In this document: positions 10,224 through 20,011 of the stretch, one piece after another | Position numbering within the stretch: the stretch's first letter is position 1 | Layout of the letters: every line of letters begins with the position of its first letter | Made by a program: the position numbers and the translations under genes | Source: Spirochaetota bacterium | Lineage (GTDB): Bacteria > Spirochaetota > UBA4802 > UBA5550 | Assembly (NCBI GenBank): GCA_963663865.1 | Contig: OY760686.1 | Span: forward strand, 480,001-544,000 | DNA: 64,000 nucleotides | Direction: 5' to 3' | Notes under the pieces: model-generated | What the model was told of the DNA's origin: nothing | Database searches by the model: none | Seen by the model: only the letters and a program-made list of their open reading frames with translations

Positions 10224-11591
10224 GTGACATATCTACTGATCGCAATGATTGTTATCGCTGTTGCCGTTTCAGCGTTTTTCTTTAAAAGTACGCGTCTTTC
10301 TTCGAGAATACGGCGCGCGGAAGATGCTTTCGCGGAAGAGGATTATACCCGCGCCGGAGAAATAGTTAAAGATATACTCGACAAAAACCACGATTATCCC
10401 CCTGCCAGATATCTGAAGGCCAGGCTTCTGATACACCAGAACCAGTATGTTATGGCAATATATGAGCTGAATTCCATACTGACCCTTCCCGACTTTAGAA
10501 CTTACGCGAGTGAGTATGAGCTGAGAAGTCAACTTGCCCACCTGTACAGCGAGACCAAGAATTGGGATAAAGAAATAGAAGAGTACAAGATGATTCTGAT
10601 GATTCAGCCCGACGATGTAAACGCCAATTACAGATTAGGTCACGCTCTTTACTCTATGAAAAACTATCACTCAGCTTTTACTTATCTGCAGAAGTCCTTT
10701 GAGGCTGATCCCACAAAGACGGAAAACCTTCTTCCTCTTGGGGTTTGTTACTTTCATGTCGGAGATCATGAAAAATCTGAACTCAACCTGCTCAGAGCTC
10801 TCGAAACTGGAAATGCCGGAGAGGAAGCCCGGTTCTACCTGGGATCCATATATTTTTCAAAGAAAAAGTACGAGGAAGCCGCCGCGTTGCTTGAGATTTC
10901 CAGAAAGGACAGGCGATATTTCGTCAAAAGTCTTTTTCTGCTTGCGAAGATATTCTATGAACAGGAAAACTACGAAAGGGCGGTTGAGATACTTGAGGAG
11001 GGGCTGGGAAACCTTAAGGAAAAAACCGATGAGGCATATGAGTACAGGTATCTGCTCGCGGAGTGCTATGAAATGCTTAACAGGCTGAAGGAAGCGATAC
11101 ATCACTGGGAAAAGATTTATTCAGACAATCCGTCTTACAGGGCTGTAAAGGTCAAGCTTGACACCTATAACGCGATTCTTCAGGATGATACGCTGACAAT
11201 GGTCTATCAGTCCTCTATTGAGGAGCTGCAGCCTCTGATTGTGGAGATGATATCTGGGCTTCAGTACAATATTATAGCCCGCGAAAGGATCAACTCAAAT
11301 GAATACCAGTACAGGGCTTTTAATATAAAGCGGATAAATGAACCTCCGATTCTCATATACTTCAACCGGAGCATCCGGGAGATTACAGAAAATCAGATCG
11401 CTCAGTTTCAGGATAAGCTGAATAGTGAAAAATGCAGAAGCGGAATATATATTACCACAAACAAGTACAGCCTGAGGGCAAAAGCGACAGCGGCATCCAG
11501 ACAGATTGAGCTATACGACCGGGAGCTTGTGTCAAGGGTGCTTGAAAAGACGAGAATAAAGAAAAAGTATCAAACAGGCAGGGGGAATTGA
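10224..11591 (+). CDS. Membrane-anchored TPR protein with a C-terminal Mrr-like restriction-endonuclease-fold domain
   Basis: Probable GTG start at 10224 after GAGG (ORF track starts at 10179); N-terminal TM helix; multiple TPR repeats; C-terminal GIYITTNKYS...IELYD typical of Mrr_cat. Confidence 0.75.
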   Translation: MTYLLIAMIVIAVAVSAFFFKSTRLSSRIRRAEDAFAEEDYTRAGEIVKDILDKNHDYPPARYLKARLLIHQNQYVMAIYELNSILTLPDFRTYASEYELRSQLAHLYSETKNWDKEIEEYKMILMIQPDDVNANYRLGHALYSMKNYHSAFTYLQKSFEADPTKTENLLPLGVCYFHVGDHEKSELNLLRALETGNAGEEARFYLGSIYFSKKKYEEAAALLEISRKDRRYFVKSLFLLAKIFYEQENYERAVEILEEGLGNLKEKTDEAYEYRYLLAECYEMLNRLKEAIHHWEKIYSDNPSYRAVKVKLDTYNAILQDDTLTMVYQSSIEELQPLIVEMISGLQYNIIARERINSNEYQYRAFNIKRINEPPILIYFNRSIREITENQIAQFQDKLNSEKCRSGIYITTNKYSLRAKATAASRQIELYDRELVSRVLEKTRIKKKYQTGRGN

Positions 11592-12625
11592 TTTTGTTGT
11601 ACAGTAGAATTATAACAGCTGCGGCATGTTTGCTTGCCGTGATAGGTACAGGCGCCTGCACAGAAACACCGGCAGAGAAGCTCATGTCCGATACTGCGGC
11701 GTACGGAAGGGGAGAGTCGATAGAGGTAAGGACGCTTGAAAAAGACCTTCTGGAGGTGTGTAAATCCGCTGAGATGCCCGCTTCTACCGCTGTGTTCAGA
11801 ACATGCGCGGTGGATTTCAAAGGCATAACAGCAGAGATTGTACATCCCTTTAAGCTTAAAATAGAGCTTCAGGATGAGAAGATGAATGCTTTTGCAGCCG
11901 TTTCTGATACACTCGCGGTTTTCAGCGACGGTTATTCCGTGTCGGTTTACAACCGCGAAGGAGTTTCCCTTGCCGACAAAAAGCTGGCAGAAAAGAAAAG
12001 CCCAATAAAGGCTATCACCGTTTCAGGGGAAACTATCTATTACTACTCTGACATGAGGGTGCATTCATTTGACTATAAAGCTGATAAAGCAATGCCTGTA
12101 ACGGAGCAGCGATTCAGCCCACCATACTCAAAATACTATCATGCTGAGCTTTATCCGGATGGAAATAATCTTGGTGTGCTGGCCGGTGCGGCAGGAGATT
12201 ACTATTTCAGTGTTATTGATCTTGCCGATGGAAGTCCGGTTTTGTCCAATGTTGGGTGCGCATCTTCAAAGCTTGATTTTACAGGCGGCAGGCTGCTCTA
12301 TATATCATCAACAAGGTCTGGCTGGCTTCTTCAGGAATACACACTTTCTCCCAAGAAAAAGAATCTGCTTCAGCGTATTGGCGACATCAAGGACATAGAG
12401 CTCTTCAGCGACTGCTTTTACATGGAAGGAGTTATGGGGTTTTTCCTTCACAGGCTTAATGAACGGGTTCTTTTGATTCCGTTCAGCTTTACCCTGGCCG
12501 GTTCATCGGCCGGCTCAGTCCTTATTGAATATGAGGATAAAATATATCCGTGTCCGCCAAGAAAGCTGATGAACTTTATGGTGACCATGAGGGATTCCGC
12601 TCCGGAGCTGTTTAACGGTGAGTGA
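11588..12625 (+). CDS. Hypothetical exported protein or lipoprotein, beta-rich (possible propeller)
   Basis: 345-aa ORF overlapping the upstream gene by 4 nt; hydrophobic N-terminus ending TGA-C. Confidence 0.6.
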   Translation: MILLYSRIITAAACLLAVIGTGACTETPAEKLMSDTAAYGRGESIEVRTLEKDLLEVCKSAEMPASTAVFRTCAVDFKGITAEIVHPFKLKIELQDEKMNAFAAVSDTLAVFSDGYSVSVYNREGVSLADKKLAEKKSPIKAITVSGETIYYYSDMRVHSFDYKADKAMPVTEQRFSPPYSKYYHAELYPDGNNLGVLAGAAGDYYFSVIDLADGSPVLSNVGCASSKLDFTGGRLLYISSTRSGWLLQEYTLSPKKKNLLQRIGDIKDIELFSDCFYMEGVMGFFLHRLNERVLLIPFSFTLAGSSAGSVLIEYEDKIYPCPPRKLMNFMVTMRDSAPELFNGE

Positions 12626-12629
12626 GGCC

Positions 12630-13160
12630 TCATCTTGAGAGAGAAGGATTTAGCAGAATTCTAAAGCTGCAGTCGACGGTTTCAGTGATTATTATGTTTC
12701 CGTCGCTGACTTTCACCCGAGCCGAGCATGGTATCTCTGAGCCTGCGGTTATCTTCGCGGCAAGCGCTGGCGATACTCCGCAAAACTGTTCAAGCAGGGT
12801 TCCGGCAAGGGAAAAGCCGTGAATTCTGTTATCTGTAATGTCGACTCTTTCCGCGGGGAATGCGCTGCCGTCCGATGGATTAATGAACTCAACTTTTACA
12901 GTCTCCGATCTCGGTTCTTTCGCGAGAAGGAAGCTGAAGCATACCGTATCACCCTGAAAGTATATCTCATTGAACAGGTCTCTGTTTGTGAGCGGGCCTG
13001 CCGGAGCGCTGAGCCCGAAATCCAGCGAATGACGGCTGACGGCACCATTGCTGTCAAGAGAAGAGCCTGAAGCTGATTCCAGGACCTTCTGAGGCTGTTG
13101 GGTGCATGAAAGAACAGCCAGCAGGCAGGCCAGAGCGGCTGTCGACATTGACTGCTTCAT
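12630..13160 (-). CDS. Hypothetical lipoprotein
   Basis: Lipobox AVLS-C; start overlaps the upstream stop (TAATG). Confidence 0.65.
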   Translation of the reverse strand: MKQSMSTAALACLLAVLSCTQQPQKVLESASGSSLDSNGAVSRHSLDFGLSAPAGPLTNRDLFNEIYFQGDTVCFSFLLAKEPRSETVKVEFINPSDGSAFPAERVDITDNRIHGFSLAGTLLEQFCGVSPALAAKITAGSEIPCSARVKVSDGNIIITETVDCSFRILLNPSLSR

Positions 13161-14161
13161 TATTTACTTCCGGTTTCGAACTTCCACCAGCCCTTTAGGG
13201 CAAGCTCATCGTCCCGTACAAGCGTGAATCTGCCAAAGTAGTCCGCGAGAACATCTCTGAAGCCCCGGCTGAGCTGCAGGGAGCCTTTTATGTAAGAGAG
13301 TGATTCGCCGTGATACTCTTCAATACAATCCGTGTTAATAAGACCGGCCAGGTTTCTGTGCCTGGAGTAAATGTAAAGGAATAGGGGCTCGAATATTGAG
13401 CAGGCAAGGTCAATTTCGGTATCAACGGGATTAAGCACATTAAGCGCGGCGGAAAAAAGGTCATAACTTATGAATGGAAAAAGATTGAAAGATATACGGT
13501 AGAGCTCTTCGCCGGCCATGGCTGAAAGCTTTCTCGAAATCTCGCTTTCGTTAAGTTCTTCAAAAAGTGCGTAAGTGTGAAAATACTGGTCAGACTCAAT
13601 GTGATCGGTTTCTCTGAGCTTAATCGGAAATATTGTGCCGTTAGTGCCCCGGTTTAAAGTCAGTTCGGGGATGAGCCTTGACTTGAAGAAAACCTTGGAG
13701 GTGCTGTACGACGGGAAAAAGTCGGAACCGCCGCTTTCAATGATATCCCCGTATCCCGATTGAAATTTAAAGTCTATTCGGAAGATATGCGTTAAATCTA
13801 TCAACGTGCCTTTCATTTTTTTAATGAAGTGAAGAGAGTGTTGATCGGAGGCAGGCATCCTTTTTTGAAGGAGTTTGTGGTCTGCAAGGTACTCCGGGAT
13901 ATAATTCTTGATTGACGCGACAATGCTCTCTCCGAGGCTGTAGTCCAGTTCGCTCGCGTGAATGCGGGGAATAACGATCTCACTGTCGAGCAGTAAAAAC
14001 TCGTTTTTCCTGATATCGAGATATGTTCCCGATATCCTGTTTGAGCTCTCTGTGGAAATGGAAGAAAGCAGTCTGTCGATTGGGGATAGGCTCATTCGAT
14101 GCGGATACCCTTCAGTAATATTGTGCTTCCCATCTGAAACCTGAAATGCCATTCCTGTCAA
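13160..14161 (-). CDS. Conserved hypothetical protein, resembling the Leptospira LIC_10030 family (from memory)
   Basis: 333-aa ORF with HSLHFIK, HIFRIDFKF, KSRLIP and ESDQYFHTYALF segments recalled from Leptospira hypotheticals; not verified by search. Confidence 0.55.
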   Translation of the reverse strand: MTGMAFQVSDGKHNITEGYPHRMSLSPIDRLLSSISTESSNRISGTYLDIRKNEFLLLDSEIVIPRIHASELDYSLGESIVASIKNYIPEYLADHKLLQKRMPASDQHSLHFIKKMKGTLIDLTHIFRIDFKFQSGYGDIIESGGSDFFPSYSTSKVFFKSRLIPELTLNRGTNGTIFPIKLRETDHIESDQYFHTYALFEELNESEISRKLSAMAGEELYRISFNLFPFISYDLFSAALNVLNPVDTEIDLACSIFEPLFLYIYSRHRNLAGLINTDCIEEYHGESLSYIKGSLQLSRGFRDVLADYFGRFTLVRDDELALKGWWKFETGSK

Positions 14162-14185
14162 CGGATATTTACCCGCAGAATAAAA

Positions 14186-14755
14186 TCAGTCGGAGATTCC
14201 GAGCTTGCGCATTACCTGGTCGAGCTTCTTAAAGACATCCTGAAAGCTGTCGTTAATTCTGAGCTTCTTAACAGATACCCGTTTCCCTTCTAAGATGTCG
14301 TCAAAGTACTTTTCAAGCAGAAGCATCTGACCCGAAATGCCAGCCGTCTGTTTAAGAACAAGCAGGATGAGGGCGATACCGGAAAGCAAAGCGAGCGCGG
14401 CAATGATCAAAACAGACCAGACGGTAGAGCCCCTGAGCCCGGAGATTTTCTCAGCGGTTGTCTTCACCATTTTTGAATAATGCTCCATTTCAAGCCTGAG
14501 CTTTTCTTCAGAGGTGCGCAGTTCAGAGTCAGGGTTGGCGGAGACATGTAAAAGGGTTTTATATAGTTCCTGTTGTATGTCATGATATGCCTGCTGCTCT
14601 TCTTCAACCTGTTTCAGGGTAAGATTATCCGAGACGGAAGTCCAGACAGTGTACGCCGCCGCTGAGGCCGTTACGATTAAAACAGCCGCCGCTGCCTGAA
14701 CGGCTCTGGGGAACTGATAGCTCTTGTTTATTAGCAGTTTTCTTCGGGGCAGCAT
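14186..14755 (-). CDS. Hypothetical two-TM membrane protein with a periplasmic coiled coil and HAMP-like tail
   Basis: RRKLLINKSYQF N-terminus, two hydrophobic helices, LRINDSFQDV tail; SD AGGAG upstream. Confidence 0.65.
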   Translation of the reverse strand: MLPRRKLLINKSYQFPRAVQAAAAVLIVTASAAAYTVWTSVSDNLTLKQVEEEQQAYHDIQQELYKTLLHVSANPDSELRTSEEKLRLEMEHYSKMVKTTAEKISGLRGSTVWSVLIIAALALLSGIALILLVLKQTAGISGQMLLLEKYFDDILEGKRVSVKKLRINDSFQDVFKKLDQVMRKLGISD

Positions 14756-14851
14756 GGCGGTCTCCTGGTATAGGTGATGAATATCATTAACCCGGCTTAA
14801 AATGGAGTAAGACGTATCAAGGGATATCTAATTCCCACTAATGACGGCGAC

Positions 14852-14880
14852 ACTTTATCAAAAGAGAAGGAAAAAGTCAA
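14852..14880 (-). promoter_or_regulatory. Sigma70-like promoter for the 14755-12630 genes
   Basis: TTGACT-17 nt-TAAAGT with an extended -10 TG on the minus strand. Confidence 0.55.
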
Positions 14881-14891
14881 AAATAATCGTT

Positions 14892-15767
14892 TTATTGAGT
14901 AAGTATTTTCACCAGCTCATCTGCTCCGTTGTGCCTGGATTTAGTCCTTTTACAGTTTGAAACTCGCCAGAACTGATCTTCAAACTGGCGCCTGAAGGGA
15001 ATGAAAATAGCGTTTGTAGCGAGCCGACGGTTTTCCCAGAAGAAGTTATAACCCGCTCCCCCGACTATAAGGTCGAAGGCCCTGAAGTAGTCCATGGCTG
15101 GAAATATACCGTCAAGGAGGCCGTTGGAAGAAAAGACACTGTAACCCTCATTCTCAAGACCCGGTCTGTGCCTCATAATCTCTTCGAATTCGCCCTCTTT
15201 CCCTGAGGCGCAGATAAGGCAGTTCCTGTCACCGCGGTTCAGGCCGAGTCTTTCAGAGGCGTCCGCACGGGAGAGAACCTCATCCTGGTTTCTTATCGTA
15301 AATGGATTCAGCTTTATTGTTGAGAAGGAGAAGCCCCAGGGTTCAGTCTCAATTATTTCATCAAAGCACTGTGTGTCTAAAACGAAACTTAATTCAGGGA
15401 TTGATATTTTGAAAAAGGATGGATTAACCTGGCGGAGCAGAAGGAGCTTCCTGCCTGGAAGGGAGGAAGCCATATTCTGTAAAGAGAACCAGAGCAAATC
15501 AATAAGTATAATATCTGGAGCAAGAGCGGCCAGTTCTCGGAAGAGAATGGATTTTTCAAAGTTTTCTCTGGTGAAGGTGCTTAGTGGTTCAGCCGGTATG
15601 AAGGTGTGAGTTATTCCTGCAAGCTCAGCAGGCCTGACGTTTTCTGAAGAGCTCAATATTGTGAATTCACAATCAATACCGGCCCGCTTAAGGGCATTGC
15701 CGACGGAAATGCCCTTGACCAGACGGCCGATTCCAGTTAGACCCGATGTTACATACGCAACTTTCAA
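14892..15767 (-). CDS. GT-B-fold glycosyltransferase-like protein
   Basis: YVTSGLTGIGR N-terminal loop, PDIILID, and FDLIVGGAGYNFFWE...FEDQFWR C-terminal nucleotide-sugar-binding motif. Confidence 0.6.
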   Translation of the reverse strand: MKVAYVTSGLTGIGRLVKGISVGNALKRAGIDCEFTILSSSENVRPAELAGITHTFIPAEPLSTFTRENFEKSILFRELAALAPDIILIDLLWFSLQNMASSLPGRKLLLLRQVNPSFFKISIPELSFVLDTQCFDEIIETEPWGFSFSTIKLNPFTIRNQDEVLSRADASERLGLNRGDRNCLICASGKEGEFEEIMRHRPGLENEGYSVFSSNGLLDGIFPAMDYFRAFDLIVGGAGYNFFWENRRLATNAIFIPFRRQFEDQFWRVSNCKRTKSRHNGADELVKILTQ

Positions 15768-15782
15768 ATGAATGACTTAATA

Positions 15783-17036
15783 TTAGCAATAAAAATAGAA
15801 TATGCAAGATTCATTATCGTATACTGTGAATCCAGTTCCATCAATGTCGTTTATTGATACAATTCTGTCTGTTCCATTAATCATATCCTCTTCATCGATG
15901 AAAAGTATTTCATCGGGCCTGACAGCAAGAAAACGCTTTGGACCATAGAGAACAGTATCACCGGTTGGGGCATATTCACCTGTAAAGGACATGTTTTGAG
16001 AGTTTAGCTGTACAATTCGGTTATACGTAGTTTCACCGTTACCTAAATCGGAAATGTAGATTGAAGCGTCCTGATACATCACATCAGTCGGATCGTTTAG
16101 ATTAGAATATGTAGAGACGACTGTCTCGGTTGACGGATTATACTTAATTGCCCGATGCGAGGGAGCATTATTGTTAATTACGATGTACAGGATTGAGTCG
16201 TTATCAGCGGCGATGCCGGAAATTGTGTCGTTTTGAGGATCGAATCCATTTATGTTGTAATCGAGCGTTATTTCTTCAGTTGATATATTGTAGCTGTTAA
16301 GCGTTGAGCCAGTTGAGAAGTAGAGAATACCTGAGTTTCTGTCAACAGCGATAGCGCTCATGGCTGAATAAGTCAGATCGCCCAGATTCAGCATTGTGCC
16401 GGCTGAGCTTATGCTGTTGAGACAGTATATGGCACTTCCTGTCTGGTATAGTGAAAGATAGTAGGTTTCATCTGTAGAAACGTATATCCTGCCTATCATA
16501 TCATAGTCAACATCATGGGGGTAGAAATAGTAACTATTAGTCAAATCTGGGGTGAATGTGGTTGTATCAGATGAAATCACGTCCGTGCCAGTCATATCGC
16601 TAATCATGTACAGGTCATAATTAAAATGATCAGGAAATACAATCTTTGTACTCTCCAGCGCCATGCTTATTGTGACGTCGGTGTATGCGTCGGCTTCAAG
16701 ATCGGCGGTTGCGCTTCCGTAATAGGAAGCGGCGGCGGCATATGTATTGTAGGAAGCAGGAATGGCTGTGAGCTCGAAGAGTCTTGATGTGCCTGAAGGC
16801 ACTGTTACGTTGACAGTATCTCCATCCAGCTCATAGGCGGAAAATGTCTTTTCAACAGGCTCCATGTCTTCCGCGCTGATTCTGAGTGTGTATGTTGCTA
16901 TGTCAGGAACTGTCTCAGCCATGAACTTCGAAGGCAGGCTGATCCTTACTGTTGAATCTGAGGTATTCTCAGAAGAGCACGAAAGGGCTGTTAGCAGGGC
17001 GCATGTTAAAGCTGCTGAAATTATTAGTCTGTTCAT
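15783..17036 (-). CDS. Surface lipoprotein: pilin/Ig-like N-domain plus NHL-like beta-propeller
   Basis: Start at MNRLII after SD GAGGA (ORF track starts at 17063); lipobox TALS-C; blade-like repeats PHDVDYD, AIAVD, GIAAD, PTDVMY; acidic and Ser/Thr/Tyr-rich. Confidence 0.7.
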   Translation of the reverse strand: MNRLIISAALTCALLTALSCSSENTSDSTVRISLPSKFMAETVPDIATYTLRISAEDMEPVEKTFSAYELDGDTVNVTVPSGTSRLFELTAIPASYNTYAAAASYYGSATADLEADAYTDVTISMALESTKIVFPDHFNYDLYMISDMTGTDVISSDTTTFTPDLTNSYYFYPHDVDYDMIGRIYVSTDETYYLSLYQTGSAIYCLNSISSAGTMLNLGDLTYSAMSAIAVDRNSGILYFSTGSTLNSYNISTEEITLDYNINGFDPQNDTISGIAADNDSILYIVINNNAPSHRAIKYNPSTETVVSTYSNLNDPTDVMYQDASIYISDLGNGETTYNRIVQLNSQNMSFTGEYAPTGDTVLYGPKRFLAVRPDEILFIDEEDMINGTDRIVSINDIDGTGFTVYDNESCIFYFYC

Positions 17037-17085
17037 CTTGATTCCTCTTCGCAAAGTTTTCAATGGCGGCCTCAGTGATGGCCGC

Positions 17086-18879
17086 TTATTCGTAGTATTT
17101 CATCGACCAGAGTTCTTCACCCGTGTCGCTGTCTTCATGAGCAAAGTATAAGGTATTTCCAATCATTATAGTGTGGTAAAAGCTCAGGTTGTAGGGGAGC
17201 TCATGCATTTCGCCTCCTGACTCAGGGCTGTAAATAAATGCGTAATCGCCTGAGGCGATTTCCGACCCTCCTGTCTCTGAACTGCTGTAGATATACAGGT
17301 TGAGGAAATAATTGGATCCTGCTGAAAGGGTTGAGTTGATGTAAACGTCGTAGTATGCTCCGGAAGTTCCGGCGTATGTTGCGAGAATATCCACTGTGTT
17401 TTCCGCCGGGTCATAGGCCGCGACGTATATCTCAGTATCCTGAGTAGCGAGGATCCTTGACAGCGTCAGGAAAAGCCTTTCGCCATTTTCAGGGCAGGAG
17501 TTTTCGATGCTGGATTCCCCGAAGTTAAGTGTCATATCGTCAAGGGGAGCCTGTACAACAGCGGTGAGGCCGGAGTTATACCTGAAGAGCTGTGTCTCAG
17601 AATATGCGCTCTGCTGCATTGTTACATCCGCTGAGACAAGCAGGTATTCACCGCACTGAATTATGTCGCGGATATTGATCTGCGACATGCCTTCAACGGA
17701 AGGCTGGACAGAGAGCGGCTCAGCGGAAAGGTCTGAGCCTGATTGAACTATTCTGGACAGCTCATATGACTCTGTTGTCGTGTCAAAAAGTCTGAGGATA
17801 ATCTCATCATTAAAGGCAACAAGAGTTGAATTGTTGATTGAATAGCCGTCGGGGATTGACAGCTCATTCATGATTCCGTCAGCAGATATATACATAACTC
17901 TATATGTATAGCTGTAAGAATCGTAATAGCTGAAAACTGATAATCCGTTGAAGTTAAAGGGGCCGGAATCGACGCCGTAAGTGGTAAGGGCTGCCGGATT
18001 TGACGATGAGTCAACTGCCTGTTCAGATGTGCCCGATTCAGTGTCAACGATATATGGAATCGAATAGTACGCAGAGTTTGTCACATTACGGTAGGTGATG
18101 AAAGTGATAAGGCTGCTGCCGTTAAGGAACATGCTTCCAAAGTACGGGGCATCTAATTCGAGTTCAAATGTATGAAGTGTTTCATAAGTCCCGCTTCCGT
18201 CGTAGGTAAAAACGTTGAGATTGCCGGAGCTGTCTGAACCCGTGAAATAGAGAGTGCTTTTGTCGGCATCTGTTAGAATAAGATTTGAAGATATATTAAA
18301 CTGGTATGAATCCTGAGAAGAAACTGCTATCTGAGAAGCTTCACCTGATCCATCGTATTCAAAAAAGCCCCGGTTTTCGAGAGAGTCAGCGGTAGCAGTG
18401 AAAACAAGCTTCCCGTCAAGCTCCCTGAAGTTTTCAGGGCCTGAAGAGATAGGGCCATATTCATCAGTTCCGGGAAGAACGTCAGCTTCGATTTTTACAG
18501 TATAGTCCATCTGTATGGAAACCCGCTCGCTTGATCCTGCTGCAACGTTAACCGGTTCGGAGGTGGTGCCCGCGAATGGAGCGTGACCTCCGGCGTCAAA
18601 GCCTGCCGCAGTTATTCTGAGGTCAGTATCTGAGGGAACTTCAAGGCTTATATATTCAGGAAAAGGGCTTCTGACAGTAACGGGTGCTGTTTCTTCTGTA
18701 CCGCCTTCCACGTAAATTTTTACCGTCTGAACTGAATCAAGCAGACCCATTGCAGCCGCTTTGGATGTTAGGTTCAGACGGAGCTTAACCTCTCCGGAGG
18801 AAACAGCGCTGTCCTCTCCAGAACAGGAAAACAGAATAAGTGAAAGGAGAAGTGATATGGCTGTAATTGCAGATTTCAT
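17086..18879 (-). CDS. Surface lipoprotein: pilin/Ig-like N-domain plus ELWxxDGT-like beta-propeller
   Basis: Start at MKSAIT after GGAG (ORF track starts at 18900); lipobox ILFS-C; SSGPENFRELDGKLVFTA and NTLYFAHEDSDTGEELW resemble ELWxxDGT repeats. Confidence 0.7.
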   Translation of the reverse strand: MKSAITAISLLLSLILFSCSGEDSAVSSGEVKLRLNLTSKAAAMGLLDSVQTVKIYVEGGTEETAPVTVRSPFPEYISLEVPSDTDLRITAAGFDAGGHAPFAGTTSEPVNVAAGSSERVSIQMDYTVKIEADVLPGTDEYGPISSGPENFRELDGKLVFTATADSLENRGFFEYDGSGEASQIAVSSQDSYQFNISSNLILTDADKSTLYFTGSDSSGNLNVFTYDGSGTYETLHTFELELDAPYFGSMFLNGSSLITFITYRNVTNSAYYSIPYIVDTESGTSEQAVDSSSNPAALTTYGVDSGPFNFNGLSVFSYYDSYSYTYRVMYISADGIMNELSIPDGYSINNSTLVAFNDEIILRLFDTTTESYELSRIVQSGSDLSAEPLSVQPSVEGMSQINIRDIIQCGEYLLVSADVTMQQSAYSETQLFRYNSGLTAVVQAPLDDMTLNFGESSIENSCPENGERLFLTLSRILATQDTEIYVAAYDPAENTVDILATYAGTSGAYYDVYINSTLSAGSNYFLNLYIYSSSETGGSEIASGDYAFIYSPESGGEMHELPYNLSFYHTIMIGNTLYFAHEDSDTGEELWSMKYYE

Positions 18880-19191
18880 AGTAGTCTCCATAATTATCAT
18901 AAATATTTCGGCTGGATCAGCCGTGACTGTCCATCAAAATTCTAATAAAACACAAAAGCATAAACATCTAAAAAAGAATAGACATTTACTGTGACACGGT
19001 TGAAAAAAATAAAAAGCACTCTCCAGACAAAAAAAATACACGAATCTGTTGAAATGCTATATATTGATAATATATAAAAAAGAGCACAAAAGGTGCATTA
19101 TTTTTAAAAAAAAGCGTTTTTTCTTTATCCTTTGCGGGATATTCTTTTGGCCTATTACGCAGGGGAAATTATTCTTTCTGGAGAACATACT

Positions 19192-19980
19192 ATGAAAATC
19201 AGGGTGTTGATTGCGGGATTGGCGGTTATAACAGCCGCAGTGTCAGCTTCTGCCGCTATTACTGTTGTTTCAGTCAAGGGGACGGCAGCCTATAAACAGG
19301 GCAGAAACTGGGTCCCTCTTACCGCGAAGATGAAGCTGAATGACGGAGTGAGGGTGAGTACCGGTGTGAGGTCAACAGTAGTCCTTGACCTTGATGGTAA
19401 TTCTGTAACCATTAAACCGCTGACAATGATGAAGGTGTATGAAAACTCATTGAAAGCAGGAACCAGGCAGACAAAAATCGGGCTCAAGCGCGGTTCTCTC
19501 AGGGCCAGTATAACCAGGGGGACAAGGGTTAAAACCGTTTTTAAGGTCGCTACCCCGGTAGCAACATCGAGTGTCAGAGGGACGGTCGAGGATGTAGTTA
19601 CGGGACCATACGGAACAAGGTTCACCGCCCCTGAAGGATCGTTCGATGTGCAGCCGAGGCATGGGCAGCCCCGAATCATAACCGGCAGGTTCGTCTTCTC
19701 AATGCCTTTTGGAAGCCAGAGGCCCAGCGTTCTTCTAAGAAGCAATGTCACTTATACCGGCGATCCCAATGCCACAGATGAGGAACAGCAGTCCCATGAG
19801 AACTTCGGAGGAGATTCTCCTGAGGGAGGCCTCGGGCTTGGAGATTCTATAATCGGGGGAACAGATTCTCCTGGCGGAGGCGATGGACACAGTGATCCGT
19901 CTTCCGTGGATGTTGATCTTCAGTGGCCGGAAAACAGCGATTCAGGCGTGAACATCGGTGTAGAGTGGCCGGTAAAATAA
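19192..19980 (+). CDS. Exported FecR-domain protein with an acidic Gly-rich tail
   Basis: Start at MKIRVL after GGAG; signal peptide ASA-A; GVRVSTGVRSTVVL, LKRGSL and VATPVATSSVRGT (FecR motif). Confidence 0.8.
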   Translation: MKIRVLIAGLAVITAAVSASAAITVVSVKGTAAYKQGRNWVPLTAKMKLNDGVRVSTGVRSTVVLDLDGNSVTIKPLTMMKVYENSLKAGTRQTKIGLKRGSLRASITRGTRVKTVFKVATPVATSSVRGTVEDVVTGPYGTRFTAPEGSFDVQPRHGQPRIITGRFVFSMPFGSQRPSVLLRSNVTYTGDPNATDEEQQSHENFGGDSPEGGLGLGDSIIGGTDSPGGGDGHSDPSSVDVDLQWPENSDSGVNIGVEWPVK

Positions 19981-20011
19981 CACAATCACAATTAAAACCG
20001 AGGAGAATTAC

